From positions 12,771,375-12,835,374 of the forward strand of contig OZ316897.1 in NCBI GenBank assembly GCA_973895155.1: DNA of 64,000 nucleotides, written 5' to 3'. Every line of letters starts with the position of its first letter. Position 1 is the first letter of the stretch. A program made the translations under genes and the position numbers. Under the pieces are notes generated by a model, which worked only from the letters and a program-made list of their open reading frames with translations, searched no databases and was not told where the DNA came from. Origin of the DNA: Marsupella aquatica (Eukaryota > Plantae > Marchantiophyta). Shown piece by piece: positions 14,191-25,795 of the stretch.

Positions 14191-15803
14191 AGTAATTTCT
14201 CTAGACTGACATAGCAAAAATGATGCTCCCATAGACCACAACCATGGTCTTTTGAAAACCCCATTAACCACATTTCCCAAAATTTGAGTTGAATTGTAAT
14301 AACTTGATGTTCATTAATTCAAATATTTTTAGTTTTGTTGCTATGCTAGCAAAGCACACTTCCATCAAATTGTCCCCTCCTTCGCTAATTGCCTTTTTGG
14401 TGAAAAAAGAAAAATTATTGTAACATATCTAATCATCAAGTTCTAAGCCCCAAACTCGCATGGACCACCAAAATGCGGACCACAGGAGCATTGTGTCCAA
14501 CCTGGTTATCCATCCGGGCTTCACTTTCCCAACATAACTTTAACCTTTTCAAATAATTATGCTGCCATATAATGTTGCCTCAAAATGAACACCTTACTCT
14601 CAACAGATTAATAGTAATGATGACAAAAATCATCATGCTTGATTCATTTTGACATTCCATGGTTCTTTCCATCTGCAATTTGGGTGGGACCCTAGAGTCA
14701 CCATCTAGAGAACCCTTTGGAAGGTTAGGCCCTAACTTTTAGTTTCTCTTCTCAATTTACTAGTAAAATATACTGCTGGCCCATAGAGTCACATGGCTAC
14801 AGAATGTGATACATCCGAGCAGAAATTTTCAGCACATCAATGCCGTCAAAATGCTTTCAAATTTCACACTAAACAGGGCTTCGTTAATTCACGAAGTCTA
14901 CGGCATTTCCAATCATTCTTTCGCTGACCACCTCCTTTTCGACGTTTTCACCACCTAGAATTGTGTCAGCCGCAATACAACGTGCCAACGTTAACTCACC
15001 TTCTCAAGCAACCGAACGAGTCAGAGAGAGCCCCAAGATCGACGTTCGAAAGCCATTCCGCCATCACCGGAACTCAGATCGACGCCCAGAAATCATTCCG
15101 CAACCGGCGGAAGCGAAGAGCAAACTCAGCAATGCAGAAACGAGTCGGCTAGTACGCAGGCAACACTTGGCTTGGCCGCGATCCGCTCCTCGAACGCCGG
15201 GGGCCTTGACACGAACGAGGGCCCCCTTGGCCCCCTTGGAGTCGATTGGAGAGCACCACAGAGAGGAGCGAAACTGACGGAACTGGTCAAACAAACCAAC
15301 GGACAATTATTAAAAATAAGTTAAGTAAATAAACCAGTAGCCGGACAGCAGCAGACAGAGAACGGACCAGATAATGGGCGACACCGCGACAATGGACGTA
15401 ACTTGTTTGCCCTGTGGGCTGTTCGTTTTTTGCCTTGAAATCCAAGCAATAGAGAGTCGAATAGGGGCATCGGGAATAAGGGTAATGTTGAAGTTTTTCT
15501 TTTTCTTTTTCCCGCAGAAACGGCACCTTGTGTAAAATGGAACATGCTAAGAATTTTCGATACTTAATTTTCTTAGATTCTTTTCTGACCCGTTAGGTCT
15601 CCCTGTAAATGTCAATGCATCTCTGGGTGGTTCGTTTCTTCCCTGACAACAAAACTTTACTTTGATTAAGCAGTCAAGTTTTTTCTAATTAACGGAAAGA
15701 GTAACTATTGACTAAATTGGGCAAAACCAATGTACAATTGTGTAAAAGCAAAAGAGTCCCAAAGAGTCAAACATAATGGCGCATCAAATTGGAGAAGGGG
15801 CTT

Positions 15804-15917
15804 TGCCGTGCCCTTGACTAAATGGTGGGTGACACCACGACAGTTGACACATCTGTTCATCTTTAGGTGTGCCGTGCCCATGACTAAATGATGGGTGACA
15901 CCACGACAGTTGACACA
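15804..15917. repeat. 48-bp direct repeat x2
   Basis: tgccgtgccc(t/a)tgactaaatg(g/a)tgggtgacaccacgacagttgacaca at 15804-15851 and 15870-15917. Confidence 0.85.
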
Positions 15918-17151
15918 CAGCTCAACTTTGTGCGGTTATTTTCTTGACTTGAAATCAAAACTTTACTCAGCGATAAAGAGTCAGATATGGCCTAGGAATC
16001 ATTTTAATTTTAAAGTTTTTTTTTTCATGATGGATAGTGTGACCTTGTGTGAACGAGAAAATGCTAAGAATATTCCTTATCTAATTTTGTAGATTCATTT
16101 ATGACCATTGCATCTCCTTGCATTTAGGGATAACTGTGAGATTCTGGATAATGGGGGCTGGAGCTAAAACATGGCAGTTTTGGGGCCAAATTGGTGCAAA
16201 TTGTAAGTGAGGTAGAATTTGATGATCTTTTGCCACTAACAACAAACTTGCTCCAAATACTCCAAAGCTGATGAGTCCAAATTGAATGGTGAATGGAACC
16301 AGCCAAGGGATTGAGCTGTGCCAGACGGAGAATGATGGACAACACTGCACTAATCAGAGATAATTTGTTTGCCTTGAAAGAACTATTACCTGAAATCCCT
16401 TGGCTGCAGTTTGGGATTTTCGTCCTCTTTATGTGCGTCTACTATCATAGACAAGCCCATGTTGTGGTGAGAAAGGCATGCATGATCCGGATGTTGCCAT
16501 GGGCAGGCATGGGAGGGAAGCAAGCTATGGTGGTCAGGGGTCCTCCTTTGCCAAAGCTTTGCCAGTGCCCCAAGGGAACAACATTGTTCTAGCAATTACT
16601 CTTACTCACACAAAATATTAAATTCTGAAACACTTGTGTACTATACGTTAGGAGTACAGTAATTTTGTACGCATGCTTATACGAGTGTTATTCAATGCTA
16701 TTTGGGTTGGTTTTATGCTGTACTTTTTGGAGGTGTCTTCAATTGCATGAGTTCACTGTAGAGTTGATTGCTACCCTTTCACATCCCTAATTGAGTTGCT
16801 GCAGAGTCCTCCATGAGCTTGAAGTTAATGCCTAGACTGCAAGTAATGCGCTCAAACAGAGACTGATTCTCCCATCGTCTGAACCTGGAAACCGTGCGAC
16901 CCCCATTGACCATGACATTCTTTACACCATCACTCACGAACACCGTCCAGTTTAGTTTCCAAAAGAAACTATTAGCAAAGTTTGCTCTTCAATAGAGTTT
17001 CTCAGTAAACTCTAGCAGCAAATAGTACCCACAAACCCACTTTTATAGCAAAGAGATCAGTATTGTGAAGTCTCCCTAAACAATGACAATTTTTGGAAAA
17101 CTTGCGGTGAGATCCTGGGCAAAGGTGTAAGGCACCCAATCTGACTAATTT

Positions 17152-17461
17152 TTTAAATTTTCTTTATTTGTCAACCTCCTAATAAAGAGCTGACTTATCC
17201 AACAGAGGATAGGCGATCAACTCCGGAGCATGCACCTCTGTAGGGTAGCCCACAAGGGGGGTCATATGGGGTACCAGAAGTGAGAGAGGGTTGGACCAGA
17301 GCCCCAGAGTGGACTAGCCAGGGGCTGAAGAAAAACCAGGACTCCCCCCACTATACCCCACCCACACACACAATCACCTCCGCAACCCTTGCATGTGGAG
17401 GGAGGATTAAACCTTTGGTTCTAGGCTCATCCCCTGGCCAACTGACCAGTGCCAATTGGTT
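17152..17461 (-). mobile_element. tRNA-derived SINE, copy 1
   Basis: Perfect 14-bp TSD AATCTGACTAATTT (17138-17151 and 17462-17475). The minus-strand 5' end has an A-box-like TGGTCAGTTGG and a B-box-like GGTTTAATCC; the 3' end is A-rich. Homologous to 58927-59225. Confidence 0.85.
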
Positions 17462-18602
17462 AATCTGACTAATTTGTGCACAACAGTTTACTCAGGAGGG
17501 CACTGAGCAGAACTGAAGGTGAGACACTTTGGGACCTCCCCAACAATAAAAATTCTCTGGTCTCACCTTGTGTACATTTTGCAAGACACTCCCTGATACA
17601 CTTCACAGGGACTGAACTGGTTCACCTTTAGGTTTAGATGGAACTGTGGGCCACTCACCGGTGCTGCTAAGCTTTACAGAAACTTTAATCTAAGATATAC
17701 TACATTGTCACTATTTGTAGTTTAATTAGTACTGTCACATTTTTCATCAGTAACTCTGGTTAGTTTGGAATGTTCAAAACTCAGTATCTTGAATGTGTTC
17801 ATCATTAAACTGATGCCACCTTTCTCAAGTTAACCTCAAAACCTGCTTTCGCCTTCCACCAAAAGGGAGGGAGGGGGGGGGGGGGGTGAGACAAACAGGC
17901 AGGAGTGGGCAGAGTGGGAGACCAAACCCAATCACTAGGGCTGGGGGTATTGTGGTTAGAGTGGAGAACACGAGCAACCATCCAACAGGCAAACTTGACC
18001 GCATGGTGACAATCTAATTCTTTCAAGCTAACAATACATAATTCTCCTAATGAAGCATTACATTTCTTCCATTATATTACAGTTACAAGGTCTAACTGGC
18101 TTTCTTTGCCTTGCCTAAAACACAAATAGTCAAATTTGGTTCTTTTTGCATAACTAATAGTTCTTGTTTGTGACAAATCATGCCGACGTGACTGCATGTG
18201 CATCCAGCAATTTTGAAAGGAACTTCCCATGGGGGTCCATAACCAGAGATGAAACTCAACAATGTACTAATTAAACAAAGAAAAACTCTACAATGATCTA
18301 GTAAATATATGTATGTTGAGAATAAAAAAGAATATATTGTAACCGAAACTCTAACTTGACATCCAAATGAAAGGCAATCAATGTCAAGTAAGGCTGTAAT
18401 GTTTGGTAACATGTCATGCAGTCTATGGGGATGGGCAGAACAAACGCCTCAGTCCATCCGAGCTTAGCTTTCTAAAAAAGGTTTTCATTGGTGTAATATT
18501 CAGTTGCATGTTAAGCAGTCCATGGGGGTGGGCATAACAATTTACTCAATCCATCTGGGCTTAACTTTCTAAAAAAGAGCCATTTAGCTGGATATATCCC
18601 CT

Positions 18603-19255
18603 CTGGGATTTACTAGAATGTCACTCTTTTGTGGCCTAATTACTACCTTGTCACATTTTTTCTTCTATTTATCAGAATGCCACTCTTTTTCATCATGGAT
18701 TAAGAAAAGTTCCACGACTTAACCCCTGAAATCAAATTTCTTACCCCACAAACAGTCGCAGCTCAGTCAGGGTGGCAGGCCACGAGTCAACTGGTGCGGT
18801 TGGGCCACAATCTGGTGGAGGCAGGTAGATCTCCGTGGAGCCGGGCCAGGATTAGGAATACAGTCAGGGAGCCCACACAGTTGGGCCTCTAGCTTGAAGC
18901 AGCGACTCAGTCGTCGTGTCAAGCATTGTAGGTGGGGGTGCGGGAGTGAGTAAAAGGGCAGTTGGGGAGGGAAACCAAAATGCAAAGAGTGGGAGCAGCC
19001 GACCCACCCCTGTGTGGAGCGAACTGAGGGTTGAAAGAAGCAACCCTGAGGGAGCATTGGACGTGGGTAGTGAAGGAAATCTGAGGGGTAGGATTCTCAG
19101 GGGTTAACTCGACTAACTTTTCTTGACCCTTGACCACAAAGAGTGACATTCTGAAAAAAGGTGGCAAGGTAGTTTAGTAATTAGACCACAAAAGAATGGT
19201 GGCAAGGTAGTTTAGTAATTAGACCACAAAAGAATGGCATTCTAGTAAATCCCAG
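18603..19255. mobile_element. Non-autonomous TIR element (Mutator-like/MITE), ~650 bp
   Basis: Left end ctgggatttactagaatgtcactcttttgtggcctaattacta is the reverse complement of right end tagtaattagaccacaaaagaatggcattctagtaaatcccag; the TIR extends ~90 bp. TATATCCC-containing sequence on both flanks is a possible TSD. A ~38-bp internal duplication lies in the right TIR. Confidence 0.8.
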
Positions 19256-21837
19256 TATATCCCAGTATATCCCTTATATCCAACGGGATGGCCTACAGTA
19301 ATGGGGAGGTGAACAGGAGCAATTAATTTGGGGGGATTGGACCAGCTGGGCGGGACAAGTGTCGAGGGCGCACGCCGTCACGCCCAGTCGGCCAGCTGAG
19401 TCGCATCATCCGCAGAGCACGGAGCCACGGAGCTCGTCCATGCAACGTCGATCCGTCCATTTAGTGAGCGAGCGAGCGAGCATGCCGGCCAGCGACATTA
19501 GCCCAGCATAGCTCCAGAGTCCAGACCCAACTCCGATCCAGTCCAGCTGATGAGCCACCCCGAAGCCAGCGAAGACTCCGATGACGAGCAGCCATTATCC
19601 ATCGCCGTTGTTGTCTATTGATCAATTTATCCATTCAACTGCTCCTCCTGTACCACCATCGCCGGTGGGACCACTGAGCTCTACTCGGGACCACCCCGCT
19701 GCCACCCCTCTACGACATCCTGGCTCGATAGACCCATAGATTGGTAGACAGAGAGCCAGACTCGACGATTCGTAGCTCGGTATGGCCAGTTTACGTTACC
19801 GTGATGTTGTGCTGAATCATGTACCACCATCTCTCACTGCGGTCTCCTGGCGCTTGGTTGGTTTGCCTCCGTTTTGGTTGGGTGGTTGGGAGAGGCTCGA
19901 CTGTGGGAGTGTGCGTGATCATCATCTCGTGCTCGCTCGGCAGTAGAGCAGATAGATGGTTTTCGAAGCACGGGACGAGACTGCGTGTGCGGGTCTTCTC
20001 CCCTAGCTACTCTATCTTGCCTAGCTACTTCCGTCGACCGTCGCGACGGTGGTTTGGTTTCCTGAACTGCAACAGTTACAAGTCCTCGCCCACGCTAAAC
20101 GTTTCATCCGCAGTTCGAAAATCAAATTTTCCATTACTTTGCATCAATGTGACAGTTATTTGAATTATCCGACCAAGTTCCCTTCCTTCGATACGGTTTG
20201 GCAGTTAACAAATGGGGCTGATCCCATCACCCCAAGATTTGACGGTTGAAAACTTATAATGGTGTTTTAATTTCCGGCGAGTTCATGTCGTCACCACGAT
20301 TGTAGAGTGGTAAATCAGTAAATGGAATCCGCACTCCGGACCTGGCGGACAACCTTTTGGGGGCCTCGGAATTCCAACAAAACTACAAAAGTCCATTGAG
20401 TGGGGAGTCTGGAATCCGGACCACCACCTTTTAGGGTCCATCCTGCCGTCACGCTATCTCGTGACTGCAGCAACTGTCGTAGACAACTAGGCTAGTCCGT
20501 TCCCTTGTCTATGCTGTGCTGAAAAGGAAGCAGCTAGACTCCTCCGGATTGGAACTAATTCAGGCGCAAGACCACCATGCTCTTTCGTTAATCCCTTCGC
20601 AACTTTCCGGCTTTTCTCCAGTAAAGTAGTGTTAGAAGGTTCTCCTCGTTGTTCAACTACTAATCCGTTCTGTCAAAACAATTCTCCGCCGCGATGTGTC
20701 ATTTGCGGTATGCTATTTCAAGTTAGTTCTTTGTTTGGTTCAGTCAGTTTCGTCACAATTCAAAGTACCCCGCGCGAATTAACAAAACTCTCCAAAAGAT
20801 TAATCCCTTCTCTCAGAAACTTAGCTCAGTTGTCTACTGCGCTCACGGTCCAGCGTGAACAAGAATGTCAGACTGTAGTTGTCCCAGCAAAAGTTTTCAT
20901 GTTCTATCGTGATCACTCCAAATAATCAGGACAGCAACTAAGTTAAATGCTTTCCACTGAGAATCGTCCCTTAGTACGATCATTCGGCAAATCCCGTCAC
21001 TCCCTAGGAACGTCTCTGACTTTCTATTCAGTTGAGCGGGTCCCTGCTAAGAGCTCATCGTCATAGCTTGCGGTGGGTGGGACGAGGGGGAGGGGGAGGG
21101 GGGTGGAGGGGGGGCGTTGGGGCAGGAAATGGGCATCTCCCGTACAGTACAGTATTCCATTGAGGCGAAGAATTTCCCGAGAAGATGGAAGCGAATCGCA
21201 TGCTTTGGCAGCAACAACAGCAGCAGTAGGAAAGGGCAGCGTAGACTGAGGAGCAAATGTGTCCCACACGTCTCACGACGACCGCGTGCAAAGATTCAAG
21301 AGCAGAGCGAGAGAGACCTCACTTTCTACATCGGCGACCTTTGTCCGTCAATGGAGCTCAATAATCCTACTCGGTTCCGAAGGACATGCATCAGATGTGT
21401 GACCACATTCCCGACCGCCACACTCAGTTGCTTGCCCGGCCAATGGAGAACCGTACCTTGCAAGCTTACTTTCGAGCCCGATCATGGAGCTGAAACGGCG
21501 TGAGCTCACGAAATTCAATAACGGTGGAGATTAACGAACCGCACACGAAGGAAGGTCGATATCGATTCCTCACGCGGTAGTGCGTCGATCACGGCATCGA
21601 ACAGGATGCGTGAAATAGGGTGGTGATTCCGTTTTCTCCGCATTACGTTTTCATGAGGGTTTCGTTATCTTGTCTCATTGGGGATTTGATTATTTTGTTT
21701 CCTACCATGAAACGAGGCCGCATTAAACTAACGTGCACAGTGAATTGGGGTTTCTTTTGTTTTTCACCCATTACTGGATCTTCCACTATTGAGCTTTTTG
21801 TACACTCTAAAGTCCCCTATACAGGGCATTAGAGTGC

Positions 21838-24610
21838 ATTATTTACAACTACAATAATGATCCCCTTTTTTCTTGTACTTCATCCCAATAAAAAAAACTC
21901 ATGGGCATTCCAATACAAAAAAAACTCATGGGCGGGAAAGATCCACATCAGTTAGACTCGATTTGCTGATTTTCTTGACCATGGTTGGAGTAAATGTGTA
22001 CCCTTGGCACATATGTGCTGCCCCATAAATGCTCCGGCCCAACTCCCTATGAGCTAGCCCTCCTTGCATCATGCAACATATGGGCATAGGGCTCCGGTGA
22101 TATAATGCCCCCCAAAAACAAGAGCATCAGCTTGAGTCTTTTGAGTTACAAAAAGCATTAAGTATGATTGGATTATGCATGTCCCTACTTTAAACCCCAG
22201 CTACCACTGTAAAAGGGGCCCTTGTCGTGAACCTTTGATTGTTAAAAGTTGCTTAGCTTGCTTCCATACTTTTGCAGGTGGTCATTTAAATTTCTTCCCA
22301 GCCAAAAAGTTTTCTCATTCTACCTTTTCTCATATTTGCTAACATCTAACCAAAACGTGTGTCATTCACCTCTTTTAACAGAAAACATGTTTTCAAAGGC
22401 ATTTAGCGTCATCTAAAGCTTTTCAAGCTATCCTGTCATTCCTCTCCATTTCTCAAAACAGTCCACTTAGTTTTCCAGCTTATTAGTATTGGAAAGTCAG
22501 ATTTTTGTGCTGAGTACAAAGATATTCTTAATTATGTGATTTTGTCCAAACCTATTGTGCTTACAGCGACTTACCCTTCCAAAAGTAGACCTCTATCCCA
22601 AACATTTCCCATCCTAGAACCCTCCTACTTTATACTTTCATCACCACAGCCATGGGATGTCGACCAGACGCTACAAAGAATGCTGAAGCCTACACAAAGC
22701 ACATACCTCAACTTCCAGTCTCACGTAAAATGAGTGCTGATAATTCATTGTTTTTTTTCGGTCAGTTTTGTCTAGAGAAGAATCTATGTACACTGCTATT
22801 ATAAGGGAGCGGGAAGTTGCAAGATTGCTTTAAGTTTCCCACTAGGGTTTAGCTCTTTAAGGGATCAAGTGGGATAACGAGTAGAGCTTTTATGTTTCGT
22901 GAGAGGTTTTTGAGTGTATCCCTTGATCACAAATTTAAGTGGATAATGCAATTCTCTCTATATCACAGTTTCATCAGGATATGAAACAGGGCTAATCATT
23001 GATAGGATAACATAATTAATACCTCCTTTTAGAGTCTCTGCCCTTCTACATTGTCTCCTCTTAGGTTACTGATCTTCTAGAGTAGTAGGATATATTTTAG
23101 TAATCATGGAAGGTATTAGTTCTTTATAAAAAAATCTATCAAAACTCTTCAACTACAAGGTTTAGGGTTTAGGGTAAACCTGAAAAGATGCAGACAATTA
23201 TGGATAAGAGTGTGGGATAAGGCTTCTGCTGTATGGATAGTTGTTTTGTGGGTTAGATTCTTTGTAAACACAGGAAAATAACAAACAGATCCCCTTAAGT
23301 GCAACAAAATATAGTAGAGACAAAACACAAACATATTGATTAGACCTCAGGATAGTCTTACGCATTGATGGATATGTATACGTATATTATTATAGACGGT
23401 TTGCACTTATTAATTTGTCATCTACTGAGACCTCTATGCACTTAATAAAAGTGCAAGATGGTTGGGATAGGATATGGAACAAAGGCTCACCTTGAAACAA
23501 ACCAGGGGTGTGCTGTTCAGTACAGTCGTGTTTTTAACCTATCTTGCTGGTCCTTTCATCCTTTTGGGTCCTCCTCAGGGTAATTTTTAAAGTTTTCTTT
23601 TTTGCCAAGGTGGCTTATGTATATCGTGCTAACGATATACTTCCTTATCCAAGCTTTCTACATTAATTTCTTACCTTCCAACCTCCCTAGATTTGAGGAT
23701 AACAGCAAGACTCTACTTAGTGGGGTCTGTTGCTAGGTATGAAAGTGCCTAACCCAAGACAAAATGTTCACCAAACCTGGCAACCACTTCTCGATGAGGC
23801 GGAATTTGGGAAAAATTTCCCACTACCAAAACAATGCTGGTGTGTTCATGCATGCTAAGGCCAAGCATTTTCACTCCTTACTTAGGGCAACCACTACCAT
23901 TTCCATAGTGCAAAGAAGCAATTGTTTAAAATGCAATTTTATCAGCTGTTGAGGGGTGGGGGCAGGCCAATAAATGGCCTATGGTTGTATTGTCAGAAAC
24001 CAGTCTGTACAAAATGGCCTCAAAATGTATTGAGAGATGTATTGAACCCTATTGTCAGGGGGATCATCCTAACTGTCCATAAAAAAGCAACAGCCCAATA
24101 TGAACAACAACAATTTATTTCTTACATAAAACAACAATTGTTGTGGTCTGGGTAGCCTATTGTGTGGGCGCTTGCCATGTAGCTTAGTACGGCATGTGTT
24201 GTTGCTTCTAGATGGACAACTACCACCAGGCTTGTCAAAACCATAGTAGGTTTTGTCACAGGCCTGGCTACTTTAAGCAACACCATTTCATGAATGTAGG
24301 CAAAATTGCATCCAAGCTAATGTGTCAACATCAATTGCTAATTGCACTGAACAGTGAAGTCTTTATGGAACTCACGAGCCCTATGCCAGTGCGTTGCACC
24401 GTGCAAGCAGGGCCAGCCTATAGGGAGTCGAGCCGGGGCATTTATGGGCAGCGGGAAGCACATATGTGCCAGGGGTGCACATTTCTTCCATCAATGGTCA
24501 AGGAAAACAGCTAATCAAATCCAACTGCTGTGTATCTTTCCCACCCATGAGCTTTTTTGTATGGGACAAAGGTAGAAACAAGGCGGGATCCCGTATTATA
24601 GTTGTAGATT
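21838..24610. mobile_element. Non-autonomous element with long (~260 bp) degenerate terminal inverted repeats (MULE-like)
   Basis: ~21838-22100 is the reverse complement of ~24372-24610 (e.g. gtgtacccttggcacatatgtgctgccccataaatgctccggc vs gccggggcatttatgggcagcgggaagcacatatgtgccaggggtgcac). No transposase ORF inside. Confidence 0.75.
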
Positions 24611-25267
24611 AGATAGTCTCAAAGCCTCATAGGTAGGGAGGATGGCTTTTGGCCAAAGCTTGTTCACAAGGTTATGTCAACATTTGTTCTTTTTCTTTCA
24701 AGCAAGCCACACTAGCCTCTGCAGCAACTTATGGTCATGGCATGCGAACCATCTTTATCACAAAAAGTTATGGTTCATGAATTTGGTAGTCCATAACCTT
24801 TTCTGTCCATAACATATAACCACAAAATTAAGGTCCAAGAATCCAGGTTTGATAGCCCCTCTTGGGTTCTTCTCCCCACACGCATAGACCACTCTTCTCC
24901 CACAGGCATAGGGCCATGTTAGCTCAAAGCAAAGCAACCTTAGAAAAGCCACAAGTATAGCATTGTAGATTGGTGGATTCCAGCAAAGTCAGCACACAAA
25001 GAAACTTCATTGTCAAGACAAGACTACTGCAAATTTTTTATATAGAAATCTTTGAGCTCTCAACGTAAATCTAGGTATCTGGCAGGAGTTTGTTTTTAGG
25101 GTCTCACAAGCAATATTGCTCACCGTGAAGACTGGTAAGTTCCTGGAGCAAATTGTTTTTCCTTTCCCAAAATCAATCTTTCTTTGACCATAAAAGTGCA
25201 AAAAATAAAGACCTATACTTAGTCTGAAGAAGTTTCCTCAATTTCAGAAGCAATCCTTATATGATAA

Positions 25268-25300
25268 CTAGCTCAATTCCTGTGCGTTGCACAAAAGAAG
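25268..25300 (-). mobile_element. Helitron 3' terminus (element extends rightwards)
   Basis: The minus strand reads TTGTGC-AAC-GCACAGGAATTGAG-CTAG|T: a GC-rich hairpin ~10 nt before CTAG followed by T, the canonical plant Helitron end. A related end lies at 60637-60663. Confidence 0.7.
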
Positions 25301-25795
25301 TCCTGTCGGCCAAGATGTCGTTGAGAAAAAATGATGTCATGTCAGCCAAGAGGTCGTGGAGAGAAAAGATGTTGTGTCGCCCAAGAGGTCTTGGAGAGAA
25401 AAAATGTTGTGTCGCCCAAGAGGTCGTTGAGAGAAAAGATGTCGTGTCGCCCAAGAGGTTGTTGAGAGAAAAGAAGTCATGTTGGCCAAGATGTTGTTGA
25501 GAAAAAAAGATGTGTCGGCCAAGAGGTCATGGAGTGAAATTATGTCCAGTCGCCCTAACGGTCATTCATTGAGAGAAAATAAGTAATTCAGAAAAAAAGA
25601 TATCGTGTCAGCCAAGAGGTCGTTGAGAAAAAAGATGTTGTATTGGCCAAGATGTAGTTAAAAAACAATTGTCATGTTGGCCAAGATGTTGTTGAGAAAA
25701 AAGATGTCGTGTCGGCAAAGACATTCTTGAAGGAAAAGATGTTTTGTCGGCCAAGACATCGTTCAGGAAAATACCTGTGCCTTGCACAAAAGATT
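25300..25795. repeat. Minisatellite, ~31-bp degenerate unit (GTCGGCCAAGAGGTCGTTGAGAGAAAAGATGTCGT-like), more than 10 copies
   Basis: Recurrent ccaaga(g/t)gtcgttgagaaaaaagatgt. The array is bracketed by cctgtgc(g/c)ttgcacaaaaga at both ends. Confidence 0.9.

Noticed and set aside
14961-16592. ORFs 14963-15277 and 16293-16592 as a possible gene
   Set aside because: No recognisable domain or consistent exon chain; embedded in repeat-derived DNA.
17390-17461. tRNA gene (A/B boxes)
   Set aside because: No complete cloverleaf; it is the head of a TSD-flanked SINE.
17488-17510. CTCAGGAGGG resembling miR390
   Set aside because: Only a 10-nt match, with no full mature sequence or hairpin partner.
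25300-25795. CRISPR-like array of ~31-bp repeats
   Set aside because: Units are contiguous and degenerate with no unique spacers, there are no cas genes, and the context is eukaryotic.
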